From Candidatus Omnitrophota bacterium (GTDB lineage: Bacteria; Omnitrophota; Gorgyraeia; B26-G9), in NCBI GenBank assembly GCA_043826565.1, contig JBDRPX010000034.1:1096-65095 (forward strand): a DNA stretch of 64,000 bases, given 5' to 3'. Positions 21,301 through 29,453 of this stretch are shown one piece after another. A program made the position numbers and the translations under genes. Position 1 is the stretch's first letter. Each line of letters opens with the position of its first letter. The notes below the pieces were generated by a model. The model was not told the origin of the DNA. It searched no databases and saw only the letters and a list, made by a program, of their open reading frames with translations.

Positions 21301-21748
21301 ACATGCTTCAGCAAAACTGGTTCAATCTGGTATGCCAGAAATAACAAGTGGACGTACCTCTAATTTCCCCCTATCTATCTGTGGAAATGTCGCTTCAAAC
21401 CCTTATTATCTACTCTATGCTGCATATGCAGCTTCTAAAGGAGGATTAATAAAACCAAGTGTTGGCCTGGGAGAAACAGCAAAGGTAATGGAATTCATCC
21501 GTCATATTGATACACGAAAATTAGCTGAAATTTTTGAAGATTCCCGGACACAAAATGATGAAATCACCTTAAAAACAGCTTTGACTCCGGAAGTAGAGCG
21601 AATCACAAAGGAAATCGCACTAGCTACTGATGCTGTATTTCAGGAAATAATGTTTAATACACCTGTTGAATCTTCATCAGATGATTCAATTTCGGGATTT
21701 CCGGCAACTCAGTTCACTCAGATGGATCTCATAGAACAGGCAATATAA
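18311..21748 (+). CDS. Secreted LSP/EQAI-family protein: divergent PTS enzyme I / PEP-utilising enzyme
   Basis: Likely start ATG 18311; VQIFLFTGIVQS-APQEFLAPSVQV; TTDG..VQVMANL, VGLYRTE, GIRF, QLRA, MFPMI, MFETPS, GSND, ICG; ends LIEQAI. Confidence 0.82.
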   Translation: MITPIKTNNKALKKIFALILVQIFLFTGIVQSAPQEFLAPSVQVTHDAFKTAFGNATTTIRGPRDTFRETENPPAPLYVIPGHGMDVRFPFIGSGKINNRLRTYKEDLVLSTIAARNARAEAFLNTGDKANFIFIDLHLADHLLSTFPPEHTNQASKERLIQQLEDYTLLLEKFLNNNKQGNYASISNPEGAHHTEILTLSLTEMNVINFVSQQFNAHITHSATDSGDLVGRTNGKWVMVGLYEFQGQETYNPIPLDNISDSQLPKHCKCTVVDLTSRKLENMKLLRKANARYHKQRPLENITDEVRAEIRNGFEVHGVPNGIGRKVVHGTMVVADIIDSRPDLSYPMPPYSPENFRTARGELRLATSKIYESFSFQDNNKDRARKILSSAIKNASTESGRTGFNPTLFFLASIRDVILQLNTAEDKTLKEDLANISKQISDTIYPPLHASFDDDQIKPQSKKENNLAKAAKEYLDNYLAKEKQYRKAKEALVPQIQAEKSIEVIELEKQIAEQSALRTKSTDDTIREQYIDTINKLEIQLESVKSDKLKALEDNFNKQKTLEEDMHKYWGLGKSVWHVAVKILREQDCSIPEAIFRAANPYCVYLMRYADSDHFAGSYTTFAEISSELLSNWEIVTNAPITRKVSLKNVPENKPFILFLPRDLKNPTEYFELRDKYPNMVAIISRAGLKHYGTSAKQERFPVLNEAASLVNGRRVSTRQAIEGNEPAILDTETHILKLWPTREELIAAQLEEKMEQAEEIFLNRRISLPVVTTDGVSVQVMANLDRAEDASKLAKLGIKNVGLYRTEYAYMQRGDITENEWVRIFTTLVQDSQADFISMRLADRKVTGKGEDIKNVPAFGNSSEEGIRFLLFDSVGRNIALTQLRAAMRVYAKHKVIGAMFPMISTTDHGTRALALFDEAKQNLIDKGLVTERDLEGFNKGLMFETPSAVDASKGLMERFSFGSFGSNDYTSLSESFSRGDEGSTERLTEFTPNILHASAKLVQSGMPEITSGRTSNFPLSICGNVASNPYYLLYAAYAASKGGLIKPSVGLGETAKVMEFIRHIDTRKLAEIFEDSRTQNDEITLKTALTPEVERITKEIALATDAVFQEIMFNTPVESSSDDSISGFPATQFTQMDLIEQAI

Positions 21749-21752
21749 AAAA

Positions 21753-21783
21753 TAGCGTGTAGCGTAGAGCGAGTAGCGTTTAG
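21753..21783 (+). repeat. Heptamer array (AGCGTAG-type) 3' of an EQAI gene
   Basis: agcgtgt-agcgtag-agcgagt-agcgttt directly after the stop codon. Confidence 0.7.
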
Positions 21784-21799
21784 AAATCCTCTTAGCAGA

Positions 21800-22741
21800 T
21801 TATACACGACAGATTGCCGATTGCATATGGCAAATTACTGATTTTAAAGTTATTTCCTCATTCATGGCGATCCAGCAAATAGACGGTTCCTGCTGACGGA
21901 ACCAGGTTAACTGGCGTTTAGCATATCGGCGGGAATCACGTTTTAAGATATCTTTGGCTTCTTCTTGGGAGCATTCATTATTAAGATAAGCCCCGATCTG
22001 TTTTATACCCAAACCCTGGGCCGCGGTCCGGCTTAAAGACAAGGCGCGTAATTTTTTAACTTCTTCGACAATTCCCGCTTCAAACATCTCATCAACCCTT
22101 TGTTCGATCCGGCTGTATAACTCCCAGCGGTCCCACTCAAGTCCGAACAATTTGTAATCACACCAATCGCCGATCCCCTCGGTTTTTGTCTGCAGACTGG
22201 ATATTGATTCCTTATTGATTTCATAAGCTTCTAAAGCACGGATGATCCGCAAGGAATCATTGGGATGAATTCTTTCCGCGGCCTGCGGGTCAACTTCTTT
22301 TAAACGTTCATGTAAAAACACACTGCCCTTTTTACCGACGGTCTTTCTTAATTCCTTACGTAACAGAGGATCCTTTCCCCCATCGGCAAACAACCCCCGG
22401 GTAAGTGATTTCACATAAAGCCCGGTACCTCCGGCAATGATCGGGATCTTCTTGCGCTCACTTATTTCCTTGATCAATCTTTGCGCGTGCGCGCAAAAAA
22501 TAGCCGCGCTATATTCTTCCTCAGGATTTAGAATATCAATAAGATGATGCGGAACTTTTTTAAGGAGTTTTTCCGAAGGCTTGGCACTGAGAATATCCAT
22601 TCCCCGGTATACCTGCATAGAATCCGCAGAAATAATTTCTCCGTTGATTTTCTTGGCTAATTCCACAGCAACTTCCGACTTCCCGCTTGCTGTCGGCCCA
22701 ACGATAAATATCACTGGCTGTTTAGTTGATTTTAATTGCAT
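21800..22741 (-). CDS. miaA: tRNA dimethylallyltransferase
   Basis: GPTASGKS, ISADSMQVY, PHHLID, GGTGLY, RIIRALE, YAKRQLTWF. Confidence 0.96.
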   Translation of the reverse strand: MQLKSTKQPVIFIVGPTASGKSEVAVELAKKINGEIISADSMQVYRGMDILSAKPSEKLLKKVPHHLIDILNPEEEYSAAIFCAHAQRLIKEISERKKIPIIAGGTGLYVKSLTRGLFADGGKDPLLRKELRKTVGKKGSVFLHERLKEVDPQAAERIHPNDSLRIIRALEAYEINKESISSLQTKTEGIGDWCDYKLFGLEWDRWELYSRIEQRVDEMFEAGIVEEVKKLRALSLSRTAAQGLGIKQIGAYLNNECSQEEAKDILKRDSRRYAKRQLTWFRQQEPSICWIAMNEEITLKSVICHMQSAICRV

Positions 22742-22827
22742 ATTGCAAATCCCATATTGCAGATTTTATATTCTAAAATCTATTTTAATTTTCAATTTTC
22801 AACATTCAACACACAATTTTCAATTTA

Positions 22828-23595
22828 CTACGGGAACATATGGGTTGGTAAATGTTCTTTTGTTCTTAACCGCTCTTCTTCATATTCCGCGGCGATCCGG
22901 GAAACAAATTTTCCCACTCGCACGCGATATAAAGTTTGACCGTTCGACAGTAATTCGGTTATATATGCATCATAGTTTTTATTTTTTAGATCTGCCTGTA
23001 AATCCCGCGCATTCTGCTGATTCGTAAACGAACCAGTCTGTACGGTAAAAAAATTACCGCCGCTGGAATCACGCGACACAATTTCGTTTTCAAAGCTTTC
23101 CGGATATTCCCGCTTTAATCTGTTAAAATATTCTTCCGAACTTACCCATTCACTTTGTTTTTGATATGCCTTTCCGATCTTATAATAAAGCATAGCTTGA
23201 TAATTATCATTTTTATATTGATTAAGCACCTGCTCATAAACACTTATAGCCTGATCAAACAACTGCTGATTAAAATATGTATCGCCGATACCCATATATA
23301 TTTCTATACTTAATTCATCTTCCGCGCAATCCAGAGCCTTCTTAAAAACCTCTCTGGCCTCTTTATATTCATCAAGGCTGATCAAGGTCACTCCCTGTAA
23401 ATATAAAGCCTCGGCTTTTTCCGGCCCCTGGGTTTTCAAAGCCATACTCCGGCTTTTATCCAAAGCATCCGCGGAATCTCCGCGCAGAAGAGCGGAAACT
23501 ATATTATCCGCCTGCTTACTCAACGCATAAGCGTAACTTGTTGCAGTGTTAAATATTACTAACAAAACTAAAAATATAAGAAGAAACTTTTTCAT
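22828..23595 (-). CDS. Periplasmic TPR + SPOR-domain protein
   Basis: Signal peptide MKKFLL, TPR helices, C-terminal FTVQTGSF...YRVRVGKF. Confidence 0.85.
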   Translation of the reverse strand: MKKFLLIFLVLLVIFNTATSYAYALSKQADNIVSALLRGDSADALDKSRSMALKTQGPEKAEALYLQGVTLISLDEYKEAREVFKKALDCAEDELSIEIYMGIGDTYFNQQLFDQAISVYEQVLNQYKNDNYQAMLYYKIGKAYQKQSEWVSSEEYFNRLKREYPESFENEIVSRDSSGGNFFTVQTGSFTNQQNARDLQADLKNKNYDAYITELLSNGQTLYRVRVGKFVSRIAAEYEEERLRTKEHLPTHMFP

Positions 23596-23642
23596 GCTAA
23601 CCTCAATTTGGACAATTGACAATAGACCATAGACTATAGACC

Positions 23643-24005
23643 TTAAACTATTTCTTTTTCAACTGCAGAAATCAAACCATACAAAGTTCTTGCTAAAGAT
23701 TGGAATAAATTTTCAATATTTTTAAAAATCAAATCTTCTACATACCCCAATTCATTTGCTAATTGAATCAAACACTCAACTTCTGCCATAGAACCTCTCG
23801 CTATATATAAAAAGTTTAAATAATCCTTTTTATGCTGCCTACTAGCTCCTTCTGCAATATTAGCCATTATAGAAACCGCTGCTCTTCGCAACTGAGAAGT
23901 CAATCCATACATTTCATCTTTAGGAAAGTTTTTAGTTGCCTGATAAATAAAAAGCACCAATTTGCTTGCTACTTCATAAGCTTTTATTTTTTTATAATCT
24001 CTCAT
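23643..24005 (-). CDS. Four-helix-bundle protein (23S rRNA IVP / TIGR02436-like)
   Basis: FPKDEMYGLTSQLRRAAVSIMANIAEG, FLYIARGS.AE; start ATG 24005. Confidence 0.9.
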   Translation of the reverse strand: MRDYKKIKAYEVASKLVLFIYQATKNFPKDEMYGLTSQLRRAAVSIMANIAEGASRQHKKDYLNFLYIARGSMAEVECLIQLANELGYVEDLIFKNIENLFQSLARTLYGLISAVEKEIV

Positions 24006-24069
24006 ACTATTAATCTTTTTTAGTCTATAGTCAATGGTCCTGCATATCCCCACATTGACACATCATTGT

Positions 24070-25344
24070 CTATTGTCTAGACCTATATAATTTTTTCTGA
24101 AACTGCAACAGCACCTGATTTCTCTGTTTTTTAACCTCTACCGCAACATCATCTTCCAACCCCGCGGCTTTGGTATGCGGCCGGGGTGAATATTTAAAAA
24201 TATAAGCGGCGTCAAATTTAATTTCTTTAAATAAATTAAAAGTATCCTCAAAATCAGCATCGGTTTCTGTAGGAAACCCTACCATAACATCTGTCGTCAG
24301 TTTTAAACCCGGAACTATGTCCCGGCCTTTTTTTACTAATTCAATATAATGCTCCCGGGTATAACCGCGGTTCATCAGCTTTAAAATTTTATTTGATCCG
24401 GACTGCACCGGTAAATGCAGGAATTTTTTACATTTATCTAATTCCGCCATAGATTTAAACATTTCTAATGATGCGTCTTTAGGATGCGAAGTCACAAAAT
24501 CAAACTTCTTTAAACCTTTAATATCATTCACCATCCTCAGCAAATCAGTAAAGGTTACAGGTTTCATGTTACAAGTTTCATGTTTTTTATTTTTTTGCTT
24601 TTCTACCTGTGACCTGTAACTTGCAACCTGGGACTGGTAGCTATTCACATTCTGCCCCAGCAATGTGATCTCTTTTACTTCTTTATTAACCAATCCTTTG
24701 ATTTCCTTTAGGATATCCTCTGCCGGACGGGAACGCTCCCTTCCTCTTACATATGGCACAATACAGTATGAGCAGAAATTATTGCACCCTTCGGCAATGA
24801 TTACATTACAATGGGATTTATCCGCGATATACTCGGTATTATAAACAACCTCATCCCGCTGTTCCTTGCCCACAGCCAGGCCTTTGGAAAATTCTGTAGT
24901 CATATCCGCAAGCAGTCCGGGTATGGAATTAATATTATTCGGGCCTACGACCAGATCGATCAATGGCGATCTCGCGAACGCGGATTGCTGATAGTTCTGC
25001 GCCATACATCCGATCAAACCCACAATAACTTTTTTAGCTTCAGGCTTCAGGCTACAGGCTTCAGGGGCAAAACCATTAGTATTTTTTTTATACTCTTTGT
25101 TTTTAAAACTTGTAGCTTGCAGCTTGTGGCTTGAAGCTTTTAGCTTTTTAATTCTGCCGATCTCAGACCACACCTTATCCTCGGCCTTTTGCCGCACCGA
25201 ACAGGTATTAAACAAAATCACATCCGCCTTTGCCGGAGAATCCACCAGTTTATAGCCGTGCTTGATCAGCATCCCCGCAACTAGCTCAGAATCCCTGTCG
25301 TTCATCTGGCAGCCGAAAGTCCTGATGTAGATTTTTTTAGGCAT
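24070..25344 (-). CDS. miaB: tRNA methylthiotransferase MiaB (two in-frame repeat insertions, no TRAM domain)
   Basis: IRTFGCQMN, NTCSVR, GCMAQ, GCNNFCSYC, LLGQNVNSY, LHLPVQSGS, VGFPTET, YSPRPHT. Confidence 0.9.
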   Translation of the reverse strand: MPKKIYIRTFGCQMNDRDSELVAGMLIKHGYKLVDSPAKADVILFNTCSVRQKAEDKVWSEIGRIKKLKASSHKLQATSFKNKEYKKNTNGFAPEACSLKPEAKKVIVGLIGCMAQNYQQSAFARSPLIDLVVGPNNINSIPGLLADMTTEFSKGLAVGKEQRDEVVYNTEYIADKSHCNVIIAEGCNNFCSYCIVPYVRGRERSRPAEDILKEIKGLVNKEVKEITLLGQNVNSYQSQVASYRSQVEKQKNKKHETCNMKPVTFTDLLRMVNDIKGLKKFDFVTSHPKDASLEMFKSMAELDKCKKFLHLPVQSGSNKILKLMNRGYTREHYIELVKKGRDIVPGLKLTTDVMVGFPTETDADFEDTFNLFKEIKFDAAYIFKYSPRPHTKAAGLEDDVAVEVKKQRNQVLLQFQKKLYRSRQ

Positions 25345-25422
25345 ATTTTTGTAAGTTTTTGATTCTTTTGACATTGTGATTTTCTTTCTGTTTCTGAAAG
25401 CAAAAAACTGTTATAACCTGTT

Positions 25423-26355
25423 TTATTTCGATTTTTCTAAAACGCTTCTTAATTCATCAACTGCTTTCTTATGTTTGCCAACACTCATCTTCGATAAGTT
25501 AACTAGTTTCCATTTAACAGCTGGCATATCTTTTGCTCTTTCAACGCCTAACAGATCCCATTTGGGTTTTTGTTCCTTGAAAGACAAAAGAAAGGTGCGT
25601 TCATCATCAGTTAACTTCTTATTAATCTCTTTGATTAGTGTTTTTCTAACACTTTCCAATTCCTCATATTTTACCCCAAATGATGTCATCCCCGAGAACT
25701 CATTTTCAAAAACCAATTTCATGTCTTTAAGGTTCGGAGACAGCAATTCAGAAATTGGACGATTATGACTGATCAGATAAACAAGGAACGCTTTACGTAC
25801 TTCGTTTGTAATGCCTTCGTTGTGAAGCAATAACATTATATCAAAAATATCTCGAGGGTGTTGACGATCAAGTGCCGCACAAATCTTAGATCCATAAAGC
25901 TCAGCAAACGACAATGTCTTAATAGTTACGAATTTCTCAAAAATATCTTCCGCTTTTTTGCAAATATCTTTTTCTTCACAATTAAATAACGCTCCGCGAA
26001 TAACTTGATTCGGCTCGATCTTGACGATTGCGTTTCGCCTTTTAACAAAAAGCTTTGTTGTAAAATTATTAGGAGTTTCTATTTTCTCTTCAATTTGTAC
26101 AGCTGGTAAACTTGTAGAAATTCGCCCGGATATCAACTTCAACTTCTCACTTATCTCTTGCAACGTTTTCTCTCGAGAACCAACATTTAAATAAGTAAGA
26201 TCAATATCAACAGAAAGGCGCGGCATATCCTGCACAAAGAAGTTAATTGCCGTGCCACCATGCAAAGCAAAGCTGGGATCTTCAGCCATATACGGAAGAA
26301 TCGATATCAAAAGATCTGCTTGTTGATAAAATAAATTTTTATCCATATCTTTCAT
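25423..26355 (-). CDS. abiEii: AbiEii-type nucleotidyltransferase toxin (type IV TA)
   Basis: HGGTAINF...RLSVDIDL, KICAALDRQHPRDIFD. Confidence 0.88.
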   Translation of the reverse strand: MKDMDKNLFYQQADLLISILPYMAEDPSFALHGGTAINFFVQDMPRLSVDIDLTYLNVGSREKTLQEISEKLKLISGRISTSLPAVQIEEKIETPNNFTTKLFVKRRNAIVKIEPNQVIRGALFNCEEKDICKKAEDIFEKFVTIKTLSFAELYGSKICAALDRQHPRDIFDIMLLLHNEGITNEVRKAFLVYLISHNRPISELLSPNLKDMKLVFENEFSGMTSFGVKYEELESVRKTLIKEINKKLTDDERTFLLSFKEQKPKWDLLGVERAKDMPAVKWKLVNLSKMSVGKHKKAVDELRSVLEKSK

Positions 26356-27120
26356 TTATTTAGGAACGACTATTTTATATTTACTATTATAATGACCATT
26401 TTTAGCAAGAGACCTCTTCCCTGTTCCAAAGCTAACCTTTTCAAGATTTAGTTTATTAACCCACGCATGATTATGCTTCTCAGCTAAATACATGAAAAGT
26501 CTTTTTGCCTTAACTGAACCGCATTTTTCTAAGAGATTCTGAACCATATGTGGACGTAGCGTTACAAGACCAGACAATATATGATCTAATTCATCAAAAG
26601 ATTCCCGTATAGGAACATCATAACAAAACTCTAATGCCGCTCTTTCAGGTGAAGATATTTTGATATCGTAATTACCTGCATTATATGTTGTAAGACCCAA
26701 GGATATATCTTTTCCAAAAAGATCGGTCATTACATAACGGATTTCCACTTCCCATTTATAGCTTTTAAACCATGCCGGAAGCTTTTCGTTTTTAGAACCG
26801 AAAAGTACTATTTTTGATTGCTTTAAATTTGCCGGGAGGTAATGTGCGTTTCCTTGTAGTTGGAGAGCAGTTTTCCCCGAGGGATGAACAGACATGTTTA
26901 AATGTGATTGTAAAGCATAAAGTCCACTACTCCACTCAACATTTTCACCAGCCCTTTTAAAAGCACCTTGGCCTATTCGTTCTATCCAGCCAGTCTTAAC
27001 GTAAGTATCAGCTAATTGACGATATACACCCTGCCTCTCAAGGCCAGCGTAAACAACAACAGTATTTTTAGGCCAATTCTTAAGCAAATTGTTTATTATA
27101 CTTCTATTTTGTCTACTCAT
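26356..27120 (-). CDS. abiEi: AbiEi-type antitoxin / transcriptional regulator
   Basis: N-terminal wHTH (GWIERIGQGAF), SSPERAALE, SVKAKRLF; abuts the toxin gene. Confidence 0.85.
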   Translation of the reverse strand: MSRQNRSIINNLLKNWPKNTVVVYAGLERQGVYRQLADTYVKTGWIERIGQGAFKRAGENVEWSSGLYALQSHLNMSVHPSGKTALQLQGNAHYLPANLKQSKIVLFGSKNEKLPAWFKSYKWEVEIRYVMTDLFGKDISLGLTTYNAGNYDIKISSPERAALEFCYDVPIRESFDELDHILSGLVTLRPHMVQNLLEKCGSVKAKRLFMYLAEKHNHAWVNKLNLEKVSFGTGKRSLAKNGHYNSKYKIVVPK

Positions 27121-27235
27121 AATAGACAGTTTAGCATAATTTTAAACTAATGTCAAGGTTTTCTTGCAGAATTTTATGGTTTGAAAAGATGCTATTTTGT
27201 CAATCTATTATAGACATCTAGGAATAATTATAAAC
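27104..27235. promoter_or_regulatory. Candidate AbiEi operator repeats
   Basis: Two 44-bp imperfect direct copies (27104-27147, 27192-27235; 33/44 identical); copy 1 contains GTCTA-N7-TAGAC and AGTTTA-N9-TAAACT palindromes. Confidence 0.55.
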
Positions 27236-27368
27236 CCTGAACCCTAGCGCCATATACAGTTCAGTAACATGAGTTTACAATTCGAGAATATTTGCTAATA
27301 CCCATTTTATTACACCCACACATTAACTAAAAAACAATTACTGTTTTGCTATCCCTGAAGGTCATTGG

Positions 27369-27404
27369 TCATCCGAAAGTTCGGATGAAGAAAGTCTTTT
27401 TCAT
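27369..27404 (-). pseudogene. Displaced miaB 5' fragment (att-like scar) MKKTFFIRTFG*
   Basis: In register with miaB MPKKIYIRTFGC; TATAAT 9 nt upstream of the ATG. Confidence 0.7.
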
Positions 27405-27455
27405 AATGTGCCCATTATATACGGAAGGAATTATTATCCAATAAAACTGCTTTTA

Positions 27456-29453
27456 CTAATATCTTAAAGCCTCTATGGGATTTAACTGCGATGCCTTACG
27501 GGCGGGCCAAAGGCCAAAACCTAAGCCTACAGCAATTGAAAAGCCTGTAGCGAGGATAATAGAAAAAAGTGAAACTCTCGTTGTCCAACCGGCAAAAATC
27601 GATACAAGAAAAGCCATGCCCATGCCAAAAATAATACCTAAAATTCCACCAGTGAAAGTCATAACTACTGATTCAATAAGAAACTGCATCATTATATCTT
27701 TCTTACGTGCCCCTAAAGCCTTGCGCAATCCTATTTCCCTGGTACGTTCGGTTACCGAAACAAGCATAATATTCATAATGCCTATTCCGCCCACAAGAAG
27801 AGAAATAGCCGATATAAACCCCAAAAGCATGGTCATCGTTTTTGTCATACCCTGAAGCGCTTTCTGAATCTCAGCCATATTCATGATATTAAAAGATTCT
27901 TCCTGATCTTTTTTAAGGCGATGACGATTGATTATAAGATTACTAATAGCTTCTTTAGCCTCATCCATAAAATCAATATCATCTATTTCCACATCAATAG
28001 AATCAACATATTCTTTACCCAATAATCGATACATCGCCGTAGTAACAGGAATTATTACCACATCGTCCTGATTCCCCATCGGGCCTCCCGCGCCTTTTTC
28101 CGGCAATACTCCAATCACTTTAAAATTTACACGATTTATTTTAATAGTTTCCCCAACAGGGTCATCATAGCCAAAAATTTCTTTTGCAACGCTAAGCCCG
28201 AGCAAAGCTAACTTCTTACGACTCCTTACTTGTTCCTCTGTAAAAAAACTTCCCGCGATAGGCACCGATGATTTCATTTCTGCGTAACCGGTTCCCGTCC
28301 CTTGAATCCGTGTATTCCAATTTTTATTTTTGTATACTACCTGTCCTCGTCCCGAGACTGAAGGAGACACTCTTCTTACTTGTGGAATTTTTAATATTTC
28401 CTCTGAGTCCTTAATAGTAAAACGAGTTATTGATCCTGACTCTAAAGATACCCCTCCCATTCGACGTGCACCGGGACGAATAGTCAGGATGTTTGTCCCC
28501 AAAGAAGAAAGTTCATCAGAAATAGATTCTTTTGCTCCTTGACCTAATGCCAGCATAGCAATTACCGCTGCCACACCAATAAGAATTCCCAGCATAGAAA
28601 GAAAAGACCTCAGCTTATTGGAAAAAATAGCCCGGAACCCCTGCTGCAAATTATCCGTAATTTCAGTCATACGAAAACCATTATTCTGACCGGGGTCCTT
28701 ACTATTAAAAAACTCTTTTTCCGGCATTTTCGCATCTTTTTGAAATTCATTATTATTCATCTTATCGGAAACAATCTTTCCATCGCGCATATAAATAATC
28801 CGTTTTGCTTTCTCGGCTATTTCGAGTTCATGAGTAACCATTACAATTGTCTTACCTTCCTGATTCAGTTCTTTCAAAATCGCAATGATTTCTTTTTCGC
28901 TTTTTGTGTCTAGGTTTCCGGTAGGCTCATCGGCAAAAATAATCAAAGGATCATTCACTAAAGAACGAGCAATAGCTACCCTCTGCTGTTGTCCACCGGA
29001 AAGTTCATTCGGCCGATGAAGCGCCCGGTCGGATAACCCGACAGCTTCTATTTTTTCAGCGGATTTTTGTTTTAAGGCTCTCTTACCCCCATAGATCAAA
29101 GGCAGTTCCACATTCTCAATAGCAGTCAACCGGGAAAGTAAATGAAACTGCTGGAAAACAAAACCAGCCAAACGATTCCTTAATTCAGCCAAGTCATCGT
29201 CAGTAAATCCGGACACATCTCTTCCTCTTAATAAATACATTCCTGAATCCGGCCTATCCAAAAACCCCAAAAGATGAAGAAGTGTAGATTTTCCGGAACC
29301 GGATGGCCCCATGATAGCAATAAATTCCCCTGAAGAAATCTTCAAGGACACATTCCGTAAAGCCTGAACTTCTACTTTCCCCATGGCATAGTTTTTACTA
29401 ATATTTTTTAATTCGATCATTTTGACCTTTTGATTATTTCTTTTTCCTGTCAA
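27456..29453 (-). CDS. macB: MacB-family ABC transporter ATPase-permease fusion
   Basis: [57 protein letters not shown]. Confidence 0.9.
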   Translation of the reverse strand: MTGKRNNQKVKMIELKNISKNYAMGKVEVQALRNVSLKISSGEFIAIMGPSGSGKSTLLHLLGFLDRPDSGMYLLRGRDVSGFTDDDLAELRNRLAGFVFQQFHLLSRLTAIENVELPLIYGGKRALKQKSAEKIEAVGLSDRALHRPNELSGGQQQRVAIARSLVNDPLIIFADEPTGNLDTKSEKEIIAILKELNQEGKTIVMVTHELEIAEKAKRIIYMRDGKIVSDKMNNNEFQKDAKMPEKEFFNSKDPGQNNGFRMTEITDNLQQGFRAIFSNKLRSFLSMLGILIGVAAVIAMLALGQGAKESISDELSSLGTNILTIRPGARRMGGVSLESGSITRFTIKDSEEILKIPQVRRVSPSVSGRGQVVYKNKNWNTRIQGTGTGYAEMKSSVPIAGSFFTEEQVRSRKKLALLGLSVAKEIFGYDDPVGETIKINRVNFKVIGVLPEKGAGGPMGNQDDVVIIPVTTAMYRLLGKEYVDSIDVEIDDIDFMDEAKEAISNLIINRHRLKKDQEESFNIMNMAEIQKALQGMTKTMTMLLGFISAISLLVGGIGIMNIMLVSVTERTREIGLRKALGARKKDIMMQFLIESVVMTFTGGILGIIFGMGMAFLVSIFAGWTTRVSLFSIILATGFSIAVGLGFGLWPARKASQLNPIEALRY

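Noticed and set aside
23643-24005. Diversity-generating retroelement (Avd-like four-helix bundle)
   Set aside because: No reverse transcriptase and no TR/VR pair with adenine-specific mismatches was seen in the window.
25376-25768. 130-aa plus-strand ORF and the many other antisense ORFs inside long genes
   Set aside because: They overlap well-supported genes on the opposite strand and show no recognisable motifs.
27369-27404. TGA as selenocysteine in a MiaB paralogue
   Set aside because: The frame beyond TGA does not continue as MiaB and closes within about 14 codons.
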